Assembly (NCBI RefSeq): GCF_009914755.1 | Contig: NC_060933.1 | DNA length: 64,000 bases | Strand: one strand, 5' to 3' | Source of the DNA: the human T2T-CHM13v2.0 reference genome, Homo sapiens | Shown here: positions 12,831 to 25,695 of the stretch, piece by piece | How the letters are laid out: the number at the start of each line of letters is the position of its first letter | How positions within the stretch are numbered: position 1 is the first letter of the stretch | Made by a program: the position numbers and the translations under genes | The notes under the pieces: model-generated | Seen by the model: only the letters and a program-made list of their open reading frames with translations | Database searches by the model: none | What the model was told of the DNA's origin: nothing

Positions 12831-14402
12831 GAGTGCAGGCCTGCGCTTTGCAGCTCGCTCCTGAGCCAGTGCCCAGCCCCAGGAGGGGCTGACCAGCTGA
12901 TGCGTGGTGAGAGACGAGCAGGCCCTCAAGATGCACTCTCCGAGAGAGTGAAGAAAGCAACACGAGTAATCAGGGGGCCCTCCCACCAACCCCCTGCCCC
13001 CCGGTCCATCCTCTTCAATCCACTCTCCTCCAGTTAGCCCAGCCATCCTTCCCTGGAAAAACCCTGCCCTGGCTTACTCTCGGGCCTCTGAAGAGTGTCT
13101 GAGCTCCCAGCTTGGGACTCGAGGCCATTTGGGCTCTTGCTCCTGCTGATCCCTCCGGCTGTGGTCTCCACCACCCTGCACCCCTACCTCCCGCGCTCCA
13201 GTCCCCAAAGCTTTGCTTCCATCCTCTGCTTGTGCCGGTGGTTCTCCCTCTTTCAGGAGTGCTGTCTTCCACTGGGTGGACTCGTCCTGCAAGCTTTCCC
13301 TAGAACGCCTTCCCTGCCACCCCCTACCCGCCAGGACAGGTCAGAGCCCGCCTCTGAGTCCCCACAGTCTCCCGGGCTCCCCTCCGTTGCAGCACTGATC
13401 ACACTGGGCTTCTCTCTTCCTGTCTGCTGGGCAGCAGAGACTGTGGATGCTTCATCCCTGAGGTCTATGAGCCAGCGCAGGGCCCAGCACACACTGGGAG
13501 CTTAGCAAACATGGGTGGAAGGAAAGAAAGGAGCCAGGAAGGAGGCAGGGGTGCTGGTGAGAGGCCTGCTGGGCGCTTCTCTGTGTCCTTCCTCAGCCTC
13601 CATCTCTCTTCCCTCCCTTCCTCTGGGGGCTAACAAAAAACACTCAACTCCATGATGCGAGGATTCATTTAGGGACTCATTTGTCATGGAGATCATCAGC
13701 TCCTGTCACAAAGCTGCTCTCAAATGCACCCAGAAACAGGGTGACATTCTTCTCGCTTGGGCCAAGCTGGCCTCTCAGACCAAACTGTCCGATGCAAATC
13801 TAGAATCCCCAGAGGGTGGAGGCCAGGCTCTACTAGGCCCAGGTGAGCCCCCGTGTCGCTGCTCTCTGCTCTTTCCAGCACCCCAGCAGCACATTACACA
13901 GGAGGGCTTATGGCCATTTTTCAGCTAGAGACTGAAGTCTTGGTGGGAAGAGGCAGAGCCCAGTCTGGGGCTCACCCTGCAAGGCAGCGTGGCACAGTAC
14001 TGAGGTGGAGCGGAGATGAGAAAGAAGGTCTGTGAGGAAGGAGGTTCTTCTTATATCACATGACAATCATCTATCATTGCTCCACTTGTACCCCACGCAG
14101 AGGAAAAGCCAGATGGGTCCAGGGCCTGTTGTGAAATTTTTCCCAACAGAGCTTGCTGTCCATCTATAATTAAAACATGAGTGGAGGCCATAGGACTCAT
14201 TACATTTCCCAGAATTCTCCATGCAGAGATCATTGAATTCACTTCTATCTGGCTCACTACTGCATTTTACAGATGGGAAAACGAAAGGAGGCCAGTACAG
14301 GCTGGGGCAGCAGTTGCATTCGTGGGAGAGCCGAGACTCTAGGGAGAGATGGAGAGCCATAGAAACCCATTGGTGCCCCTGGGCCACCACTCTTTCCTCT
14401 AA

Positions 14403-14774
<372 letters not shown>

Positions 14775-15710
14775 ATGAGCTTTTTGAGCGTGAGGATCAC
14801 ATCCCAATGCCCAGAACAGGGCCTGATGCAGAGCCGCATCCTCTAAATGTCTGTTTGGTGATGGGATGATGGTCCAACAAGAGGAAATGAAACATCCTAA
14901 AGCCCGGTTTTGTCTTTTAGTAAAGACAAGCCTCTATGGATGGTTGGGAAATCAAAAGACTCCAGGGTTGTTGAAACTCCCTGTCATTTCCAGGATCTAG
15001 CTCTTCTTCTAGGAATATACATAGCTTTCCCCTGAGTCAATGTCTGCCTACCATTCGCCCGGGAATGACTTACCTATGAACTGGATATTTTCCTCTAAAA
15101 ATGGTAAGTCACTATGTAAAAATGTCAAGGGCCATTAAAGTCCATCTCTTGCACAATGATGCCTTCATGTATCTGGAACCTTCTGGGTCAGAGGATGGGA
15201 ATTAATATTTATTGAACAATGGGCACTTCTTTACTTCATTTTAACTAATAGTCAAAGTCTGGGCCTGACACCATGATTGTCCTCATTTTACAGATGAGGA
15301 AACGGGCTCAGAGATGTTCAGTAACTTGCCCTAAGTCCAGAACCACTTTGGGCAGGTAGGCAAGTGGCAGAGCGGGGATCTTTCTCTTACCAGTCCCTAG
15401 CTTCCATCCTCTCCTTTCTGCAGCCTGCTTCCTTGATCTGTTTTGCAAAGCTGAACTTCTTGGATAACTGAAGTTGAACTTTTAAATAGACAACTTGCCT
15501 TAGTTTAACCATCTCTGTTGAAACATGTTTCCATACCATCTTGCACACTGCCCTGCCTTCTTCACTGGGAGACCCTGAGTGATGCTTTAAGCCAGTGGAT
15601 CTCTACCCTGGCGTCAGAATCACCTGGATACCCTAGCCCCAGCCACAGAAAGTCTCATTAATTGAGGTGGGGTAGGGGCATGTGCATTTTTTAACCACTC
15701 CAGGTGATTC

Positions 15711-16641
<931 letters not shown>

Positions 16642-16774
16642 CACTCCAGGTGACTCTAATGCACAGCCAGGATTGACAACCTTGGCTTTTCGCTTTTCTT
16701 GATGTCCAAAGTCATTAACCCAGCATATGTATTGGGATAGCTTCTGATAGAGTGATTTCCTGGGTCCTGTGGGC

Positions 16775-17146
<372 letters not shown>

Positions 17147-18755
17147 TGATGAGCCATTTCACTGAGGTTCCTGGAATCCCTCTTTTCATTGCTAGCTTGG
17201 AATTCACCGAGAAAACATGAGCCAAATAGAGTGAGCTGCCTACAAGCCCTGCCTGAGGGGCCCTTGGGATCCTTTAAGAGTTTTCCAGACCTTTTCTCTC
17301 TCCTAGGTTTTTCCACCCAGATGCTGATGACCCACTGTGTTGTTTGGTTGTGAATACAGATGCATCCTCTTCCAAGAAGCCCTGCTGGATTGGGGCTGGG
17401 AGCCCTCCTCTGAGGACCAGCAGCCTCCTGCACCAACCAGCCCTATGACCTTACCCATTTGGTGGTGGGGAGAAGGTGTCCACATCTGTCTGCCTCATAG
17501 AACTCTAAGCTCTCTGAAGGCAGGGGCAAGATAATCTGATAAACCGAATAGGTTTTCTGGGCATGTCTGTGAAACTGAACAACAACAGCAGCAGCTGGAA
17601 CTGAATTTTCCTGGGAGCCCAGGATAGGAACTAGACTCCTGACCAGAAAGCAAGGGATGGAGAGTCCAGGAGAGCTTCCTGGAAGAGGTGGCATTGGGAC
17701 AGGCTTGAAAAGATGGGCAGGAATTGGGACAGGCAGAGGAGAAGAAGGGAAGCATTTCAGGCAAAAGGGAACAGCAGAGGTGAGACAAGTGGAAGGGTGA
17801 ACTATAGTTTAGTGGGGTGGAAGGCTGGGAAGAATGGGGGGATCATACTCCAAGCCTTCAGAGGACAGAATCCCAGGGTACAGTCCTGGCTAAAAACTGA
17901 TTTCTACTCCGTCTTCTGGATGAGCAGAACGTGGGGATGCTCCCTCCTTCAGGCTTTTCCTGGGAAGCCCCACCCGCCTTATCTGCATGGAGGACACCAA
18001 GTTCCCAGGGCTGGATGAGTGCCAGCCCCGGCTGCTGACTTGCCGCTCTGGCAGCTAAGGAGCTGGAACGTGGAGCTGGGACTTCCACATAAGTCCAGCA
18101 TCCAAGTCCTCAAAGTTGGTCCCTCCGGAGCAGCGGGAAGCACGTCTCCCAAGCTGGAGTCACTATTCCTTGCTCTGTTGCCCAAGAGAACCCTGCAACA
18201 TGCACCCAGAGCCTCAGTGTTGTCATAGGTACATGAGGAGGAGTGTGGGCTAGAGGCATCAAAAGCCCTGCCTGCTCCAGGGACCTGGGATTTCTGAGAG
18301 CAAATGCTGCCTCTGCCTCCCTGGGGGGAGACACAGCCACCCCCTCCCCCAACACCAGATGAGACTCTCATCAATCCCAAGACCGAGTCCTATCCGGCTT
18401 AGGTGGATTGATTAGCACCACTTTCTAGGGCTTTGTACCCTTCATTTCTTCTTGCCAGCTCCATCTACCTAGACCCCTCTCTTTTCCAGTTCTCAGAAAC
18501 TGGACCCTCTCTTTTCTCCCCAGAATTAAAGGGGTGCTGGATTCTCTTAGTCTTGCCTCCCTCCCTTGGCACATATGCCCACTTTGGTACTACTACTACT
18601 ATGACCTCTACTAGTATTGCTGCCACTGTCTTCTCGTAGTCCTTCTAGTCCTTTACTACGACCCTGCCAATGCTTCTACTATTACTGCTGGCACTTCTTA
18701 CTATGACCACCACAACCAGTACTTCTACTACTATTGCTTCTACTGCCTCTACTGC

Positions 18756-19106
18756 ATCCCCCGACAAATCTCATCTTGAATTGTAATCCCCATGTGTCAA
18801 GAGAGGGACCGGGTGGGAGCTGATTGGATCATAGGGGCAGTTCCCCCCACACTCTTCTCCTGATAGTGAGTGAGTTCTCATGAGATTTGATGGTTTTAAA
18901 GTGTGGCACTTCCCCTTTGCTCACTCTCCCTCTCTCCTGCCATCTTGTGAAGGTGGTGCTTGCTTCCCTTTCGCCTTCCACATGATTATAAGTATCCTGA
19001 GTCCTCCCCAGACATGAGGAACTGTGAGTCAATTAAACCTCTTTTGTTTATAAATTACCCAGTCCCAGGTAGTCTCTTTATAGCAGTATGAAAATGGTCT
19101 AAAACA
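18756..19106 (+). mobile_element. MaLR solo LTR (THE1/MST family) within a (TAC)n low-complexity tract (~18590-19240)
   Basis: CAAATCTCATCTTGAATTGTAATCCCCA..GGAACTGTGAGTCAATTAAACCTCTTT..CTAAAACA. Confidence 0.9.
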
Positions 19107-19349
19107 TAGTACTTCTTACTCTATTACCACCAGTATTTCTACTGCAGTACTGCCACCAGGATTGCTTCTCTTGTTATTTATACTACTACCACTTTGCTAC
19201 TACCGTAATGATGACTACATACTATTTGCAGCTACTGCTAATAGCAGCAAACGTTATGAATCACACACAATGGGCCAAAGACTGAGCTAAGCACCCTGTG
19301 TCAATTGATACAATTTAAACCATGGCAACAGACATCTGTGGTGTAATAT

Positions 19350-20024
19350 TATTGACAAAAAGAGTCAAACTCTGTAAAATGTTTATTTTATTATTAAAAA
19401 TTATTATGAAATTGAAAATTATTATTAAAAAGAGATTTATTCTGAGTCAAATAAGAGTGACCATGGCCCATGACACAGCCCTCACTCAGGAGGCCCTGAG
19501 AACACGGGCCCAAGGTGGTTGAGTGCAGCTTAGTATTATACATTTTAGGGAGACATGAGACATCAATCAAATACATTTAAGATATACATTGGTTCAGTCT
19601 AGAAAGGCGGGACAACTTGAAGCAGAGTGCATGTGGGGGCTCCCAGGTTTATAGGTAGAATAAAAAAATTTCTGATTGGTAATTGGTTAAAAGAGTTATT
19701 ATCAATAGAAAGGAATGTCTGAGTTATGATAAAAGGTTGTGAAGACCAAAGTTTTATCATGCAGATGAAGCCTCCAGGCAGCAGGCTTCAGAAAGAATAC
19801 ATTGTAAGTGTTCCTTATCAGACTTCAGGTCTGCGTTGATGTTAAATAGGGGTCAGCTTTTCCTGAATCCCAAAAGGGAGGAGGGCTACTGAGGCATGTC
19901 TGACCTCTGCTTCCCATTATGGCCTGAACCAGTCTTTCAGGTGAACTTTGGAGTGCCTTGACCCAGAGGAGGGAGTCCAGCTGGTTGGAGGGCAGGGGGC
20001 TTAGAATTTTATTTTTGGTTCACA
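19350..20024 (-). mobile_element. ERV1 solo LTR, MER4 family
   Basis: Minus strand begins TGTGAACCAAAAATAAAATTCTAAGCCCCC; 4-bp TSD ATAT at 19346-19349 and 20025-20028. Confidence 0.85.
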
Positions 20025-21567
20025 ATATCCTCCCTCCTTTATTGATGGGGAAACTGAGCTTTGCAGAGGCTAAGTAACCTGCCCAAATTCATAGAGACAG
20101 TAAAAGACTGAACCAAGACCTCAACCAGCCACCTAACGACAGGGACCAAGTCTGAGATCTAGAACCTTTCTCCTTTGTCCTTTGTCTACCTTCAAGAGTA
20201 TATCCTTGTCTTCTCTTCAGTCCTCTGGAAAGAATTACTTGAAGTCAAAGAAGGAAAGGGGGCCTACCTCTACAGATGTCTAGAATGCTGTGAGCAATGT
20301 ACATAGTAGGTGTTCAACACATACTGTTTGAATAAATTGGATTCTAATGATAACCTTTTGAGGTAGGAACAAGGATCTTGATGTTGCAGTTGGGGACACT
20401 GAGATTTTCAGAAACGCTGTGGTCTAGCTAAGAGGTGAAGTTGGGACCAGATGCTAGAATTCAGTCCTTTCATGACCTCGAATACAAAGTGAACTGTCCG
20501 ACCCGACCACAAAGTCTTCTGTGTGCATTGTACGTCACGGTTTGCAAAGCTCACACATCTGTTATTTAATTCTCACAACAGCCCTCAGAGGGGGTGATCG
20601 GTTCCACTGTAATGATAAGGAAAACCAGATTCAGAATGCTAAGGCAGCTTTGGAAGGGCTCATGGAGAGGCAGCAGCAAATCCAGGATTGAACCAACTCC
20701 TCCCTACTAACCCAAGGGTGGGAGCCTCCCAGCGAAGACTCCAAGAAGTCTCTCTTGGGACAGCCCACCGCCACTCCCTGTCCAGCCACCTCAGCCCCTA
20801 GGGTGGGCAAGCCCATGGCCCCAAGGGGTGGAGAGAACCGGTTATTTCCAGCCTGGTACTTAAGGGCTGGCCAGGGAGGAGGGAGGAGGGTGTGAGCCGG
20901 CTGGCAGGCTCTGTGCTCCCAAGAGGGTCTGGCCTTTGGCTGCTGAGAACTGGGCAGGGGGTCAGGAACTCCTGTCCAAGCCACCCAGGCCAGCTGAAGC
21001 TGGGCGGGTGTCCCAGGAGAGGGCAGGCCACTCCCTCCCCAAAAAGGCAGGAGTATGCAGCCAATATGCACACAGGCGGCTCATTCAGCCCCTGCAGCTC
21101 CTTGGCCCTGCCCTGGGCCGTGGCCCCCAGGCTGAGGCACTGCCCCTGCTGTTCTCGGGAGATGGAAACAGACAGCAGTTCTGATCAGGACCTGTGGGTC
21201 AGTGAAGAGCAAACACATCCTGCTCTGAGCACCGATTGGGTGCCATCCATCCTCTGCAGCTCTGTAAGGTGGAAATTCCCGCCTCCCACGGTTCCTCTCC
21301 CACTTGTGTGTGGAATGCGATCACCACGCTGCCTCCCTTTCAAAGCGCCCAGTGTTTCCTAACTCAGGACCTTTGCACATGCTGTCCCTATGCTGGGGGT
21401 ACCTTTCCTTTGGCTTCTCACGTGACTGGCTCCTTTGTCTTCAGGTCTGACTGTAAAAGGTCACCTTTCAGTGGCATCTTCCCTAGCTCCCCTCACTCAT
21501 AATTTTCCCCACCTCCCATGCACACACCTTGTCTCTGTCACCCTCCTCTACTTTCTCCTCAGCATTC

Positions 21568-21606
<39 letters not shown>

Positions 21607-21890
21607 TTGAGATGGAGTCATCTTGCTCTGTCACCAGGCAGGAGTGCAGTGGCGTGATCTCAGCTCACTGAAACCTCCGCTTCCCGGGATCAAGTGATTC
21701 TCCTACCTCAGCCTCCCGAGTAGCTGGGATTACAGACACGTGCCACCACGCCCAGCTAATTTTTGTATTTTTAGTAGAGATGGGGTTTCACCATGTTGGC
21801 CAGGATGGTCTCGATCTCTTGACCTTGTGATCCCCTCTCCTCGGCCTCCCAAAGTTCTGGGATTACAGGTGTGAGCCATCGCGCCCTGCC
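21568..21890 (-). mobile_element. Alu with (TTTA)n tail
   Basis: Full antisense Alu. Confidence 0.95.
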
Positions 21891-22621
21891 CATATTTATT
21901 TTTTATTGATTTTTGTTTGTCTCTCTCCCCATAGGAATAAAGAATCTATTTTATGAACTATCAGGTCCCCAAGGTCCAGCAGAGGGCTTGACACATAGAA
22001 TCAACATTTATTGAATGAATAGATGGAAGGGAAGTGAAGGCTCTTGTCCACCTTGTCCATGTTCTCATTGTTAAAGAAGGCATCACCAACATTGAAACTC
22101 GGGTCTGTCCGTCTCTAAAGAGGCCCCCATTTCACCTGTGGGTGTGCTCAGTGAGGACACCATCTTCCCTGCAGTGATTTTTTTTCTCTGCCCCAAAGGC
22201 ACGTTCTTTATACATGGGGCATGGTGTCTCCTCCAACTTCCCATCACACGTCCTCCCGCCTCTGCTTGCATATCTCCAAAAGACAGGGAGCTCACCCCAT
22301 CCACTGCAATATTAGAAAGTCCCTTCCAAGACTCTACGACCTTCAGAACAATGGAACGGGCAGTTCTTCACAATGTTCTCAAATGCTGAAGAGGAAGAAT
22401 TGCTGTCGTTAGCACAAGGCTGTGGACTTGGACAATACACTTTTCTGTTTATTCATTGATTTTCTGAGACCCAACCATGGGCCAGGGCTGTGGTGTCGAA
22501 CTAGAGAGCAAAAGAGCCTTGGTGGCCGCCTTCTCGATGATGTGTCAGGTCCACTGTGGCCTTTGGGCCCTAGAGTGGTGGTGGCAGGGGGGTGATGGAG
22601 GAGGCATGTGGAGTGGATCAG

Positions 22622-22780
22622 ATGCTTCTTGAAGTCGATAGTGCACACAAGTCACCCAGGGATCTTACTAGGATGCAAATTCAGGGACAACAAATCTGGG
22701 TAGAGGTTCTATGTTTCTCCTAAGCTCTCGGGGGATGCTGATACCACTGGTGCATGGACCACACTTTGAGTAGCAAGGTA
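22622..22780. mobile_element. MER5-like DNA transposon fragment
   Basis: TCACCCAGGGATCTT..GATGCTGAT..GGACCACACTTTGAGTAGCAAGG. Confidence 0.65.
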
Positions 22781-25344
22781 GAGACTCAACTGACAAAAGA
22801 AGACAGTGAAGCCTAGAGCAAGTCAGGGACTTGCCTCGGGTCACTGGTCAGGCAGCAGGAGCTGAGAAGGGACGGCCTACCTCCGCGGGCCAGGGCTCTG
22901 GAATTCGTGGGGCAGGCTGGGCTGAGTATGCCTTTGTGAGGCATGGCATACCTGGACTCACCCGAGCTGCCCGTCCCTGCCCATGAATAGTGGGCCTCTT
23001 TCCTTCCTGCATAAGGCTTGGCGGGCGCAAGCCCACGGCCGCCCCCTCCCCTGCACACACACTTACACACACTCACACACCCCTGCCGGCTCAGCTGCCC
23101 TCCCTGTTTGGGGAAAGTCAACAAGAGCATTTGAAAAGTCTTTCTGTGTGGAGAATCTGTTTGTATAGGGGGAGGAAACGGAGAGCTGGCCAATAGGTAG
23201 AAATATTAATGAAGCTTGTTATAAAGGGCCCATTCACGGCTCTCCGAGTAAATAGGGCTCTTGTCGGGCTGCCACGTTATCTGCCAAGTTCAAGAATGTG
23301 GTTTGAAAAAATAGAATTTAAAGGGGTGAGGTGGAGCCTTCAATGGCTGGCCTGCTGGAGCTGGAGCCAACTCCAGGAGGAGCCTGTGCTGTGGGGGGCT
23401 GTGGCTGGGGACACTGGAGGTGCTGGGTCTTGTGGTGAAGGCTGCCTGGGAAGAGGGGCTGGTGAGGAGCCGCTGGAGTTCCGACTTAGAGAGAATTCCT
23501 GTCCACCGGTGTGGAATGCCCCGTGCCATTCCTTCCTCCCCTTGGTGCCTGGCACAGGGCTTGCAGATCCTCTGCTTAGCCCCCCAACCCAGTCTACCTT
23601 AACTCTCCTGCCTGGGGATTTGCCTCTTGGGATGTTGGTGGAGGGGATCTCTATATGGTAGGAGGAGGGCTTTGTAGTAATTCTTAGCCATAATGCTGTG
23701 CTATTCCACAAACCTCAGCCATCTTCTCCCACGCCCTTACGAGGTCCTACTTTATACATTCTTACCAGATGCTACATAAGAAAGAGCATAAGAGACTGAG
23801 ATGTTTGACTCAGAGAAGGAAAGTGACCAGCTCAAGGTCACTCAGCAAGTGTGTAGCAGAACTGGGACTTGCTTCAACCAGTTTCCTGTTGGGTCATTGT
23901 TCCCGGCACTGAAGATAGTGCCTGGCCTGAGGGGCTGTCTTGTCATTTCACATGTACAGTGTCTTACTTTTAGCCCTGGACTTAAAGCAACTTATAAGCA
24001 AGGACCATGTCTTATGCTTAGTTTTCCCCTGGCCAGCTGTGTGGTCTTGGACAGGTGACTTTGCCTCTCTGAGCCTCAGCTTCACCATTTGTAAAATGGG
24101 GTCATTGAGACCAAGCCCTCCTTTCCAGAAGACTCAGTGAGAGGATGTTGGTGAAGTGCCCAGTGCTATGCCAGGCCCTCGGTGGGTGGCCCAGGAACAG
24201 TGGCTGAGGGCACTTCTTTTTCTGTTCCAGCCCACAGTGCAAGGGTAGAGACTCCAGGAAGACTGTCTCCTTTACACTTGGACCCTAGAAGGCTGGTCTG
24301 TGCTGAGGGTCATAAGAAGCTGGTAAATTGAGAATCAGGGGTTTCTGCCACCCATGGCATTAGGCGGCAGAGATACATGTGTGTGTGAACTATCACGAGG
24401 GTCTGTCAAACAGGCCCTGCAGGAAGCCCAGGCAAGCCCGGGTGACCTTTCATCCTTTCCCCCAGAGAGCTGCACAGAATACACCTCTGTCAGACAAGGG
24501 TTAACCTGGGTGGGAGGGAATATTTACACTGGCTTTTCTTTGCAAATAAAAGTTGGTGGCTGGGTGGGGGTGGGGGGGTGGGGAGGGTGGGGGGGTGTCC
24601 CATAAAACAAAAAGGAAATAATCTATGCAAAAACTAAATGGAAACGTGTTTTAAAAGACTCTACCAAGAGCTTGCTGAGTGACCCTGAACAGTGGGGACT
24701 TAGGGAAAAGTTGACAGCATCCCCTTTAAGAAGAAGTGGTGTAGCATAGGTAGGGCCATGAGCACAGGCTTTGGGGCTCACAGACCGAGGTTAGAATGTG
24801 GGCTCTGCTCTTCTCTGGCTATGTGACCTTGAGCAAATCGTGGACCTCTCTGGGCTTCCATTTCTTTGATTTGTACAAGAAAAGAGAAGAGAGGGTTAAA
24901 GTATGTGAAGGTCCCTGGCACTTCATGGATGCTCATTAAATGTCAATTTCCTTTCCTTTCTGGGCCTCTTGGCAGGTCGAGGGGAAGTGTCTGACAGGTC
25001 TCACCAGCCAGACTGGAGAGAGACACAGCTCTGCAGGTCTCAGTGCCTGCACACCAGCTCAGTAGCCTGATGCTGACTATGCCCCTAGAGCCCTTTACAG
25101 TTTGTAAGGCATTCACCTACTTGCCGTTAAAGCCTCCCAAGAATCCCATAAGGTGGTCATGGCAGCATTTACTACCTTATGGTGCTGTGACTGGGAAAGG
25201 GTAAGGGACAAGAACCCAGTGCTCTGGGGCGGGGCCCAAGTCTGTCTTCATTCCTTCATTCCTTTAGCAAATATTGATTGAGGACTTGTTATGTCCAGGC
25301 ACTATGCCAAGCATGGGAGATACATAATGAATAAAAATCGACAC

Positions 25345-25695
25345 AGATGGGTGGTTGATGGATGGGTGGATGGGTGGATGCTGGTCAGATTATGGGTGGG
25401 TAGATGGATAGATAGATGGATGATGAATGGATGGGTGAATGGATAGATGAATGGATGATGGGTAGATGGCTGGCTGGCTGGATAGATAGATGATGGATGG
25501 ATGGGTTGATGGATGGATGGATGATGGATGGTAGATGGATAATGGATAGGTTGATGAATAGATGGGTGGATAGATAGATGGATAGATGGTTAAATGATGG
25601 ATAGGCAGATAAATAAATGAATGGATGATGGATAGATGGGTAAATGGATGGATGGATGGATGGATGGTGGATGGGTGGCTATGTAGATGAATAAG
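25345..25695. repeat. (GGAT/AGAT)n degenerate tetranucleotide repeat
   Basis: Directly visible. Confidence 0.92.
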
